From assembly GCF_041146345.1 (NCBI RefSeq), contig NW_027191409.1, positions 806,001 to 870,000 on the forward strand: a stretch of 64,000 nucleotides of DNA, written 5' to 3'. This stretch comes from Neodothiora populina. Taxonomy: Eukaryota. Shown piece by piece: positions 1 through 10,728 of this stretch; position 1 is the first letter of the stretch; every line of letters starts with the position of its first letter. Under the pieces are notes generated by a model, which had not been told where the DNA came from, did no database searches, and saw only the letters and a list, made by a program, of their open reading frames with translations. Both the position numbers and the translations under genes were made by a program.

Positions 1-1
1 C

Positions 2-2350
2 GGAGCGGATCCGGATGACTTTGATGTCGTTTTCGTAGCCAATGCTACTGCTGGCATTAAGCTTGTAGCGGATGCTCTGAGAGAACATGAAGATGGTTTC
101 TGGTACGGCTACCACAGAGACGCACATACCAGCCTGGTCGGAGCCAGAGAGCTCGCGAGGGAACATGTTTGTTTCGAGAACGACCAGGAAGTCAATGCTT
201 GGCTTGAGAAGGGATCTTCAAGTACGAATGCATCCATTGGACTTTTTGCCTTTCCTGCCCAGTCAAACCTGAACGGCCGAAGGTTGCCATTGGACTGGTG
301 TAGACGAACCAGGCAAAAGGATGGACAGGGGCGTATCTTGCTAACTTTGTTGGACGCGGCCGCTCATGTCTCGACTTCACCTCTGGATCTCTCTAGTGCA
401 GCAGACGCCCCTGATTTTACAGTGTTGAGTCTGTACAAGATATTCGGCTTTCCCGATCTGGGCGCTCTCATCATCCGTAAAGATGCTGGCTGGGCATTGC
501 AGAAACGGAGGTATTTTGGTGGTGGGACTGTGGACATGGTTGTCAGCTTGAAAGAGCAATGGCACGAGAGAAAGTCTGGATCGCTACACGAGCAGCTCGA
601 AGACGGAACTCTACCGATACACAGCATTCTTGCGCTGAGATCTGCTTTTGAAGTTCACAAGGAACTGTATGGTACACTGGAAAAAGTCTCACGACACACG
701 GCCTTTCTCGCCGAAAAGCTCTACGATTCACTTAGATCACTCGAACACGGAAACGATGCACCGGTGTGCACAATATACAAAGCATCAACCTCTGACTACA
801 ACGACAGAAAGACACAGGGCCCAGTGTTAGCATTCAACCTCCGCCACAGTAAGGGAGCATGGGTCAGCAACACCGAAGTAGAGAAACTCGCGTTTGTCAA
901 AAGCCTCAATCTCAGGACCGGCAGTCTCTGTAATCCAGGAGGTACAGCGCATTCACTCGGTCTGGCACCGTGGGAGATGAGACAGAACTTCTCTGCTGGC
1001 CAGAGATGTGGTTCAGAGAATGATATCATGGGCGGCAAACCAACGGGTATAATCCGAGCCAGTCTCGGAGCAATGAGCACACTGAAAGACGTCCAAGTGC
1101 TCGTGGATTTCATAAAGGAATTTTTCGTCGACTCGTCGTGTGAGCGACGACGCTCTGCGCCTTCACCAGAGCTCGTGATTGACGCCACGACTTCACAAAT
1201 GTACATTGAGAGCATGAGCGTGTATCCCATCAAAAGCTGCGCCGGATGGCAGATCCCACACGACACGCCGTGGGAAGTCAAACCCGAGGGACTAGCGTGG
1301 GACCGCGAGTGGTGCATTGTACACCAAAGCACCGGCATGGCATTGAGCCAGAAGAAGTACCCTCGAATGGCCCTCATCCGCCCAAGTCTAGACTTCAAAG
1401 CCGGCGTTTTGCGAATCGACACTGTGGCCCACGTGGCCGACGGCAAGCCACGATATATCACAGTGCCACTATCAGCCGACCCACGGGTCTTCGCCACAGA
1501 CGACCACCGCAAGATCCAACGAACGATAGTGTGCGGCGACAACATCGACGCGCGAGCCTACACGTCATCAGAAACCGCCGAGTTCCTAAGCAGCATCATA
1601 GGGGTGTCGTGCCAACTAGCTCGGTTCCCAGCAACACTCCCAGGATGTTCATCCCTACGACACGCAAAAGCGCACCTCGGAGCAAACAACAAACGCCGCA
1701 CGCCCTCGCCCCTCGACAAGTTGGTGCCAACCCCGCTTACCTTCTCCAACGAATCCCCGATCCTGACAATCTCGCGCTCGAGTCTAAACCGATTAAACGA
1801 GCACATCAAGAGCGCAAGCGGCAAGACGGCGTCGCCGGACGTCTTTCGCGCAAACATCATCCTCGCAGAGTCGTTCACCGGTCTGCCCGAGCAGCCGTAC
1901 GCGGAGGATCACTGGACAGGGATGCGTGTGACCAGCAGCAGCAACAGCAGCAGCACACCACCACCCGAAAGCGAAAGACTAACAGGAAAACAAGAAGGAA
2001 AAAGACAAGTCCTGTTCTCCTTTTGGGGCGGCTGCAGACGCTGCCAAATGGTCTGCGTGGACCAGATGACTGGCGAAAAGAATCAAGAGCCGTTTGTTAC
2101 GCTGGCTAAGACGCGGCGGGTCGCGGGACGGGGCGTGCTGTTTGGGGTTCATACTTGTTTTGTTTCTTCTTCTCTTTCTTCTTCCTCCCTTTCCTCCACT
2201 TCTTCTAGTGGGCGGATTGAGGGGGATGGTGAGGACACGTTTCAAGGTGATGGGGACGGGGAAGAGGGAGGGGACGGAAAAAGGAAGAGACGGAGGATCG
2301 ATGTGGTGGCGAGGATATGTGTCGGGGATGCGGTCGAGACTTTTTGTTGA
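2..2350 (+). CDS. hxB: Molybdenum cofactor sulfurase (PLP-dependent NifS-like domain + C-terminal MOSC domain), 5'-partial
   Basis: Frame is open from base 2 (GADPDDFDVVFVANATAGIKLV...HTSLVG...FPAQSNLNG). PLP-Lys motif LSLYKIFGFPDLGALI, catalytic Cys motif RTGSLCNPGG, MOSC_N VYPIKSC...WDREW, MOSC FRANI and CRRCQMVCVDQ. Start lies upstream of the window. Confidence 0.93.
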   Translation, partial: GADPDDFDVVFVANATAGIKLVADALREHEDGFWYGYHRDAHTSLVGARELAREHVCFENDQEVNAWLEKGSSSTNASIGLFAFPAQSNLNGRRLPLDWCRRTRQKDGQGRILLTLLDAAAHVSTSPLDLSSAADAPDFTVLSLYKIFGFPDLGALIIRKDAGWALQKRRYFGGGTVDMVVSLKEQWHERKSGSLHEQLEDGTLPIHSILALRSAFEVHKELYGTLEKVSRHTAFLAEKLYDSLRSLEHGNDAPVCTIYKASTSDYNDRKTQGPVLAFNLRHSKGAWVSNTEVEKLAFVKSLNLRTGSLCNPGGTAHSLGLAPWEMRQNFSAGQRCGSENDIMGGKPTGIIRASLGAMSTLKDVQVLVDFIKEFFVDSSCERRRSAPSPELVIDATTSQMYIESMSVYPIKSCAGWQIPHDTPWEVKPEGLAWDREWCIVHQSTGMALSQKKYPRMALIRPSLDFKAGVLRIDTVAHVADGKPRYITVPLSADPRVFATDDHRKIQRTIVCGDNIDARAYTSSETAEFLSSIIGVSCQLARFPATLPGCSSLRHAKAHLGANNKRRTPSPLDKLVPTPLTFSNESPILTISRSSLNRLNEHIKSASGKTASPDVFRANIILAESFTGLPEQPYAEDHWTGMRVTSSSNSSSTPPPESERLTGKQEGKRQVLFSFWGGCRRCQMVCVDQMTGEKNQEPFVTLAKTRRVAGRGVLFGVHTCFVSSSLSSSSLSSTSSSGRIEGDGEDTFQGDGDGEEGGDGKRKRRRIDVVARICVGDAVETFC

Positions 2351-2380
2351 TTCTTCTTCTTCTTCTTCTTCTTCTTCTTC
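2351..2380 (+). repeat. (TTC)10 microsatellite immediately after the hxB stop
   Basis: ttcttcttc... run seen directly. Confidence 0.9.
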
Positions 2381-2646
2381 GCTTGAGATATCCATATGTC
2401 GACAAGGGCGAGAATACAACATGATATAGTAATCAAAACTCTCACGATACTCGGTATCAGGACGTGACATTATCAAAGGCCTAGCTAGTGAGATGGAGGC
2501 GTCCCCCCTCTCTCTTTCTCTTCTATCCTCTCTCCTAGCTTGAAAAGAAAGTCATCAACGAACGCCAACGCCAACCCCAATTCCTTCCCCTAATCCCCCG
2601 CAAGAGATGATGATATGGAAACGGACGAAACGAAAGAAAAGAAGAA

Positions 2647-4209
2647 TCAAGGTAATTGACCGACACTCTCCCCAGCCCCACCCTCAGCGTCACCAGCCCC
2701 CGAAGCAGCAGACGAGGACGAAAAGCCAACGACAGGACTACACCACCCCCACGAGTCCTCAAGCACGCCCCTCTGCACACCTTGAAGAGTGGTCAGGAGT
2801 TTGACGCAGACTGGGCCGGGATGGATTTCTTTTTCTTCTTTGCTTTCGTCTTTTTGGATCTGGGGCTTGAGATAGACGAATCTGTCGCCCGTGCTTTTCG
2901 TCGTTATGGACGCTATGGGCACGAGGGCGGCGGCTGTGCCTGCTGCCAGGACTTCGCTGAAGTGGCGGAGGTCGGCGTAGTGGATCTTTTTTTTGTCCCC
3001 TTCTGATTTAATTTCTTGGTCTTTTTGTGTTTCTTGGTTTTTGGTCCTTTGTGAGGGGTTTCAGGGGAAAAGGGGGTGGGGTGAGTTTCCGAAAAAAGGG
3101 CAGACTTACGGCTCCCTTTTCCACTTTCCAACCAAAACTCAGCGCAAGCTCGCAGACCGAATCGGCGGTGACGCTTTCAAATGACGTTTTTCGAGTCCGG
3201 CACGACGAGCGTGACATGCCCCCTCCTTATCATTACCATCAACCGGCACACCGATGAACGCCGGAGTGCTAAAACTCGTCAATCTCGCGCCTCGTCTCAC
3301 TGTCCAGATGCAGCGTGATCCCGTACTCTTCCTCCCTCGCTTTATCACTGGACCTCATGACTGGCGCATAATTACCGCCTACCTTTGCGCTTCCCACACC
3401 TCTGGGCGCGGCGCGGCCAAAGTCTTCTAATATCAACGCGTCGACGGGGTGGATACCATGATAGACGCCTACAGGCAAGACATAGACGAGAAACAAATAC
3501 TCGTCTGGAGGCGACAGGCCCAATTGCGGCGAGGACCCGATGAGCAAAGGGCGGATGTACATGCTTGCGCCCGTCTCGTGCGGCGGCACGAACGCTGCGT
3601 TTCGGCGGACGGCCAGATGCACGCATTCGAGCAACAGAGGGACGGGCACAGGGGCCATGGACAGGGTCGCGGCTGAGTGTTGCATTCGTTTGGCGTTTTT
3701 CGAGGGCCGGAAGATGGTTATGCGTTCTGTAGAGGAAGAGGCTGATGGCGGGGTGCGGAAGGCTCTGAGCCCTTCGTAGCATTGCTGCCCGTAGTTTAGT
3801 CCTGGGGCCATGCCGTAGAGGCGTAGGTAGGGGTCTTCGGTGAAGATTGGAGTGGACCATTTGCTTGTGGTTTTGGAGTAGGTGCATTCGACGTGGCCGT
3901 TTACTTTTTGTTGTGGTACGTTATAGGTTTAGGTGCAAGGATGATCAGGTGTGATTTCATTTTCTTTTTTTTTTGCTTTCTAGAGGGATGGGTCCATGAT
4001 GACGATAATGAAATTGAAAAATGGCTAGATTTCTTACCTTCACGGACTTTTGAAATCCGATGTCATTCCAATCTACGAGCTGTAGTTAGCACTGTGCTAC
4101 TGTACCTCTATGCTTGGGGGTCTGTCTGCTCTGTGCGGGGTAAAGAGATGGTTGCACCGGAAGACATGCCAATGGTATTGATAGGAGGTGGTGGAAAATT
4201 GCCCGGCAT
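2647..4209 (-). pseudogene. Branched-chain amino acid aminotransferase (class IV PLP), frameshifted in this assembly
   Basis: Four exons reconstruct MPGNFPPPPINTI|DWNDIGF..VRE|VNGHVECTYS...APGLNYGQQCYEGLRAFR...YIRPLLIGSS...GVGSAKVGGNYAPV...LHLDSETRREIDEF/STPAFIG/VTLVVPDSKNVI/ESVTADSV...|IHYADLRHFSEVLAAGTAAALVPI...EDSWGW...QLP*. Requires removing five single-base insertions (two at 4047-4055, plus 3271-3274, 3219-3223, 3179-3181). Confidence 0.85.
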
Positions 4210-4724
4210 TGTTGTTCGATTCGTCAGTCGATAAACAGGGCAAGTCAACTCTGACAAGATGGGCAAATGGGTGGTATGATAGGTCACTTGCAGCTCTGCA
4301 GAGGATCAAAGTCGCCAATGTATGTACATCAGGCAGACTGGGGAGTACCTCAGCTGCTGTAGCGCGGTGGTTGTCCAGTGGTCGCCCAAGTGTGGGGGTC
4401 TAATGACCGCAAAACAGCCATGAGGCAAACGTAAGGACGAAAAGATGGGGACTGGGAGAAATAGGTCAACGGACAATATATCGTTTGGTCCAGCAAGAAA
4501 AAGAAACACAAGCAAGAAGGGTATCTATCTCAAGCCCCCTGATCGATCCAGATCATTTTATGCCCTCGTGTCCCGTCAAGAACAAAAACAGTAACCCGCG
4601 AGACGCCCCTTTCAATGCAGAGGGTTGTCCTCTTGTAGGGCCTCGCTCCCCCGTGATAATGCACTGAGTAATGCCGTCATTCCATGCAATCTCCGCCATC
4701 GCGTGACTGAGAGAATCAAGAAGC

Positions 4725-5711
4725 TCAGCAGCAAGACACATCCTTTCCGACCCTGGCCTCCCAAAACCTCCTCCGGGCAGCTCGAATGAGAATGTCCCTG
4801 CCAGACACCGACCTCCTGAAGCCCGAGCGAGCAGACTTGTTGCCCTCACCACTCTTCGTCACTCTGGGCTTCTTGTATCCATAGACTTCCTGCAAGATGA
4901 CGGACTTGTTCCGCCGCTGCTGACGCTTCCAGTTCCTGCGCGCTTTCCTGTCCAGCCCCGGAGGCGGCTGCGCATCGAATTGTGACCACTCGCTCGACGA
5001 GGAAAGCCCCGAGTTGTCATCCTCACTGTTGTTCTCGTCGTCGGACAGTGCTGAAGTATCGAGCTCTGGGATGCGCGTGACGGAAAGCATGTGCTCCTCG
5101 TCCGAAGAGTCACTGGTGCGTCGGCGCTTGGGTGATGTGATGTGGATCTGGTCAACCTCGTCGCGATCGCGCTTTGATGCGACAGACGGAGTTCCCTCGA
5201 GCGTGTGAGACATGGTGAATGACGAGTCGTCAGTGTCATCGGCGACAGCAGCAGCAGCAGCAGCAGCGGCAGCCAGAGGCGAGTCGTCGTAGCCAGGTGA
5301 AGAAGTGGCCACAGAGTCCCAGGTGCGCACCGGCTTGGCAGTCATGAAGATGTCTCTTTCCCTTGCGACGCTCTTGAAGGCAGACTTGAAGACGTCCTTT
5401 TGCGCCGTCTGGAAGATGGTCTCTGGTGTTTGCAGAGAAGCCAGGGGGACTTCGGGCGTCGAAGGGGCTGCGTCGTCGTCGCCTTGGTCAAAGGACAGGG
5501 TGCGACTCGAGGGCGCCTGAGATTCGTCTGTTGACTTTGCGTCTTCGGGTGCTTCGAGCATGGCCGGATCTATGTTGATGTAACTGTCGTCTTGGTTGCG
5601 TGCGTCTTCGGGTGCTTCATGCGGTGACTGAGCGGAGAGATTCGACGTGTTGGATGTGTAAGACGTCGCTCTGGTCAAGGCACTCCTCAGCCCCGAGAGG
5701 AAATTCGACAT
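4725..5711 (-). CDS. Hypothetical acidic, low-complexity protein (328 aa) with basic C-terminal patches
   Basis: ATG-initiated 328-codon ORF, S/D/E-rich with poly-Ala, SPKRRR and RKARRNWKRQQRRNK. No family recognised. Divergent from RRS1. Confidence 0.6.
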   Translation of the reverse strand: MSNFLSGLRSALTRATSYTSNTSNLSAQSPHEAPEDARNQDDSYINIDPAMLEAPEDAKSTDESQAPSSRTLSFDQGDDDAAPSTPEVPLASLQTPETIFQTAQKDVFKSAFKSVARERDIFMTAKPVRTWDSVATSSPGYDDSPLAAAAAAAAAVADDTDDSSFTMSHTLEGTPSVASKRDRDEVDQIHITSPKRRRTSDSSDEEHMLSVTRIPELDTSALSDDENNSEDDNSGLSSSSEWSQFDAQPPPGLDRKARRNWKRQQRRNKSVILQEVYGYKKPRVTKSGEGNKSARSGFRRSVSGRDILIRAARRRFWEARVGKDVSCC

Positions 5712-5963
5712 GTTTGATCTCTTTCCTTCTCTTCTGTTTACCCCTTGTCTCTGCTGTCGACTGTCAGTTCTCGTGTCTTGTCTTGCATTTGTTTATCTCC
5801 CAAGTTTTGACTCAAAAGTCACCGGCTCGACCCCGCAATCGAGATGCGAGAGTGGATGGAAACGCACGGGGACGAATGCCAAGACGACGGGAAAGCCAAG
5901 ACTTTCGACCCTCCTAAAACTCCGACTCGCCGACATTCTCGACAATTGCCAAGATTTCGTCCT

Positions 5964-5976
5964 GCGATAAGATAAG
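5964..5976 (+). promoter_or_regulatory. Tandem GATAAG (GCGATAAGATAAG) upstream of RRS1; PAC-like or GATA-type element
   Basis: Motif lies ~105 bp upstream of the ATG of a ribosome-biogenesis gene and resembles yeast PAC (GCGATGAG). Function is inferred only. Confidence 0.3.
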
Positions 5977-6079
5977 ACTTTCTCTGTCGCTCTTGCAAAA
6001 GAATTGTTTGGGAGATTTACTTTGCATGTGCCTGCTGTGACTTAACACCACATATACCACAATACACCACAACATCACA

Positions 6080-6724
6080 ATGAGCGCCCCCGAAGCAATG
6101 GCCCTCGACTCGGCCGACACCACGACAAAACAGCAGCAGCGCCTACCGATAACCGTAGCAAAACCCATCCCGTACACCTTCGACCTGGGCCACCTGGTCT
6201 GCAACGACAGCAACCCGCTGCCGCCGACCACGAGCCTGACCGAGGCAGACATGACGGCCTGTGCGCGCGACTGCGCCCAAGCCCTTCTGAACCAGCTGCT
6301 GTCGACCTGTCCCGTCACGCGCGCCGAGGACAGCGTGACCCTGACCCTGCCGCAGCCGCTGACTCTGCTGCCTCGCGAGAAGCCCATCCCCGCAGAGAAG
6401 CCCCTGACGAAATGGCAGGAGTTTGCCAAGAAGAAGGGGATCCGGGCCAAGACGCGCGACTCGAATCTCGTCTACGACGAGGACAAGGGCGAGTGGGTGC
6501 CCAAGTGGGGATACAAGGGCAAGAACAAGGAGGCGGAGAAGGAGTGGCTGGTCGAGGTCGATGAGAAGAAGGAAAAGGCCAGTGGAGAGCCCGGCGATGC
6601 GAGGAAGGAGAAGAGAAACGAGAGGGTGGAGAGGATGAGACGACAGGAGCGCAGAGAGAGGGCCAACGAGAAGAGAGGCACTGCTTCCGGCGGTGTCGGC
6701 AAGAAGAGACTCGCCAAAAAGTAG
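6080..6724 (+). CDS. RRS1: Ribosome biogenesis regulatory protein Rrs1
   Basis: PITVAKPIPYTFDLGHL, ARDCAQALLNQL, LPREKPIP..KPLTKWQEFAKKKGI, VYDEDKGEWVPKWGYKG, WLVEV. Confidence 0.95.
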   Translation: MSAPEAMALDSADTTTKQQQRLPITVAKPIPYTFDLGHLVCNDSNPLPPTTSLTEADMTACARDCAQALLNQLLSTCPVTRAEDSVTLTLPQPLTLLPREKPIPAEKPLTKWQEFAKKKGIRAKTRDSNLVYDEDKGEWVPKWGYKGKNKEAEKEWLVEVDEKKEKASGEPGDARKEKRNERVERMRRQERRERANEKRGTASGGVGKKRLAKK

Positions 6725-7147
6725 TTCTCCTTCTGTTCTTTTGTCGGTTTGTTTCTTGTTCCGCAATCCGCTTCTTCTTCCTTGGAGTGTGTTGAGACGT
6801 CTTTTAACCCAACATCGACACGGCAGGAATGGGCAAGCAGCGACGGCGTCGGCGTTGATTCGTTCAAAAGTGCGGCTTGCTTGAGATCAAGGAAGGGAGG
6901 GGAAATGGGACATTGTGCGTGCATGTATGGCCGGCCTGGCCTGGCGTTGATGGATTGTTCCAAATCAGGAAAATTGGCATGAGTTTCTTTATTGCACTTC
7001 TTCTTTGCATTATGCATTCTTTGATTCTGGTTGGTCGTAGACGACGTCTCTTCCTTTTCCATGTCCATGGTTTTTACTATCCGGTTCCTCTGGACCTGTG
7101 TACCCAATCACACTTCCACCCGGCCGGCCTAACGCCGCAAAGGGAAT

Positions 7148-7969
<822 letters not shown>

Positions 7970-8697
7970 GTTTTTCTTTTCTCTCGGCTCAATTCTTCGG
8001 ATAACAGATATCAATGCTGTGTATGCGAAAAAAAGTATAGAAAGTTGAAGTACAAGGTAACTAACGGAGCTTGCCTCGCCTGTGTCTAAAGTAAGGTATG
8101 ACTGCAGCCCAGCCAGCCTCCAAGCCTCTCCGCCAGAAACAGTTCAGGGTCTGCGGTGCGGGGGAGGCCTTTTCTGGCGCTGTTGTTGCTGTTGCTGGTG
8201 CTGTTGCTGGTGGGGTGCTTTGTTGCTAATCACTTGCGTGGGGCTCGGCGGCGACTGCATGGTATTTAATTCTCAAGCATGGGTCTGAGATGGCTACCTT
8301 TTTGACTACCTTATTCGGGTGAGGTAGATTACGTTAGACGAGGGACAGTCGATTCCCACGGAGCGCACTACAGAATAGTAAGAACCAAAAGAAAAGCCGA
8401 TCAGGTGAACAGACGAGTGACAAGAAAAAACACACTTTCAATAAATATTATTAGTAGGTAGACCTCAGGTAACTATACAAGGATATCTCGAGAAACAAAA
8501 CAAAAATCCAGAAAACGTCAGCCAGGAAGACAAAAAGCCGAAACCCTGCAGGGTATTTATTACTTTCCTCTACGCCGTTAATCCATCCAATCGTAAAGAT
8601 TTGACATTACACAAAAGTAACCGATCATCGACAATTTCCTTCACTTGCGGCAACTCCAACACGCGTGGCCTGAGATGTATGAAAAGACCACAGAAGC

Positions 8698-10728
8698 TCA
8701 CTGCTGAGCTTTCGATCCAGGCTCCGAGTTGCCGTGCGGACTAATCATGTCTTTTGCCGACTGCTCAGGATCGTGCCCATGGGTATGAGTCGGCTCGCCT
8801 TTCTCTGTCGCTCGACCGCGATCACTCGCCCCTGGCCCGGCCTGTGAGCTGGCGCCAGCAGCCGCGTCGTCGTCTTCGTCGTCACTGAACGGTCTCGACG
8901 GACCGCGGCCGACGTTCGCCTTCCAGTGCTCGTATCGACTCTTGCCCCTGAGCTGAGCATCATGGCCGAGTTGACCCAGCGTGCCGCGCTCCTCGAACGT
9001 GCGTCGTCGCTCGACGGAGTCCAGGTCGCTTTCGTCGGACGAGGAGATGGACGACGAGCGTGACCCTTGCGCGTACACAATCTTGTCGCCTTCTTTCTGC
9101 TTGCGGTCGCGCTGTTCCTTCTTCATCTTGGTCATGCGCTCCTCGTCGGCTTGGCAGTCGAGAGTCTGGATGTGCAGACCCGGCAGGTTGTGGCTCAGAA
9201 ACTTCTTGAGGATCGGTAGCATCTTCGCGTTCGGTCGGTATGTTCCCGAGTCGTTGTCGATGACGAGTTCGTAGTATGCTGGGTCCTTGGGCGGGTCGTC
9301 ATCTGGCGGACCGTCGCCGATGTCCTCTGGAGGATGTGTTTCGTTTTCCGCGTGATCAGGGGGGTGAACTTGCGAAGTGGATTCGACAGGCTCTGGAGGC
9401 GGGGGACGGTTGGCGTGCTTCAGTCGGCGGATGAAGAATTCACCACTGAAAGCAATGTAAATGCTCACGTCGCTGTGCATAGTGTGCTTGCTCAACATGT
9501 CAATGCCGAACTCCTTGCCTGTTTCTGTGAAGCGGAACAGCGAGTCCAATGTCAAGACATAAGTGAAGATACGCCCACCCTCATCGTAGTGCACCAGATC
9601 CAGAAACGCGCGCGTCAGGTCTTCGCATGGTCCTTGCGGAAAGTGACCCCACACGGTGCTGCGGTCGAAGTTATAGACACGAGCGTGTTGGTGGTGTAAA
9701 GCCTTGGACAGAAGGAAGCCGCCGATTCCTTTGCCGGTGAACATGGACTTGACGAACGGCTTGAACTCGACGTAGCGATGATAGAGCTCCGCCGGTATCG
9801 GCCCTTGCAGCTGCATCTGGTTTGCCTGGAAGTTGTATCGCTGCGCTTTCCTCTTGGATTTCTCCGCGTCAGTCTCACCTGCGTGGTCGTTAGGTGACTC
9901 GTCTGGCTCTTTGCGGTTGGCGATGCGACCGAGCATGGGCGAGTAGTGACGAATCCACCAGCAAGGGCCGATGGTGTAAGCTCTGGCACCGGCATTTCCT
10001 TCTGTCCTGCCGAGCACTTCGATACTAATGTACAAATCTCCGTTCATGTGCTTTGCTTTGCTGACACACGCGGCACAGGCCCGGATCATGTACGCTCGCT
10101 TAGAGCCCGATCTTTTCATGATCTTGTACGGCTGGTTCTTGATGCCCGGCCAGTTCTCGTCGATGTTGTGAATGTTGACGTGGACGTTACCCAGTCTGTC
10201 ATCGTGGTCGGCGGGATCTTCGTCGTACACGCGCGCTTTCAGCTTGAAGCCCGACGCCGGCACGTTTGCGACGATCCACTCAAACTCCCATACCGGATCG
10301 GTGTTGCGACGAATCGTCGGCGTGCGCATTCGCAGGAACGGATCTTCCTTGTGCCGCGGCGGATACGCAGTGTTCAGTTGAGCCAGGACGAAAGGATCAG
10401 AGGAAAGCGTGTTGATGTCGGCCATGGGCAGATTCGTGGCGCGGTGGAATGTGATTTTGATGGTATATCCCGGTTCTGCAGGGGGTACAGGCGTACCATC
10501 CCATCCACCAGGCGGTTGCTTTTCTTCTTGCCCCTTGTCTTCTTCTTTCTCTGGACTATGGTCCTTTTCACTTTTTTCCTGAGTATCGCTTGTATCTTGC
10601 GCAGATTCGGCAGTGTCTCGGCCATGTTCAGGCGCATTGCCATTGGTACCGGGACGATCGCCCTGTTCTTGCGACATGATCGCGCCCCCATTAGCGACAC
10701 CATTGGTCTGCTCTGATTTTTCATTCAT
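8698..10728 (-). CDS. Fungal C2-domain-containing protein
   Basis: C2 motifs ITFHRATNLPMADINTLSSDPFV, RTPTIRRNTDPVW, VYDEDPADHDDRLG; C-terminal block FTETGKEFGIDMLSKHTMHS...IDNDSGTYRP. Start set to the first ATG (MNEK). Confidence 0.85.
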   Translation of the reverse strand: MNEKSEQTNGVANGGAIMSQEQGDRPGTNGNAPEHGRDTAESAQDTSDTQEKSEKDHSPEKEEDKGQEEKQPPGGWDGTPVPPAEPGYTIKITFHRATNLPMADINTLSSDPFVLAQLNTAYPPRHKEDPFLRMRTPTIRRNTDPVWEFEWIVANVPASGFKLKARVYDEDPADHDDRLGNVHVNIHNIDENWPGIKNQPYKIMKRSGSKRAYMIRACAACVSKAKHMNGDLYISIEVLGRTEGNAGARAYTIGPCWWIRHYSPMLGRIANRKEPDESPNDHAGETDAEKSKRKAQRYNFQANQMQLQGPIPAELYHRYVEFKPFVKSMFTGKGIGGFLLSKALHHQHARVYNFDRSTVWGHFPQGPCEDLTRAFLDLVHYDEGGRIFTYVLTLDSLFRFTETGKEFGIDMLSKHTMHSDVSIYIAFSGEFFIRRLKHANRPPPPEPVESTSQVHPPDHAENETHPPEDIGDGPPDDDPPKDPAYYELVIDNDSGTYRPNAKMLPILKKFLSHNLPGLHIQTLDCQADEERMTKMKKEQRDRKQKEGDKIVYAQGSRSSSISSSDESDLDSVERRRTFEERGTLGQLGHDAQLRGKSRYEHWKANVGRGPSRPFSDDEDDDAAAGASSQAGPGASDRGRATEKGEPTHTHGHDPEQSAKDMISPHGNSEPGSKAQQ

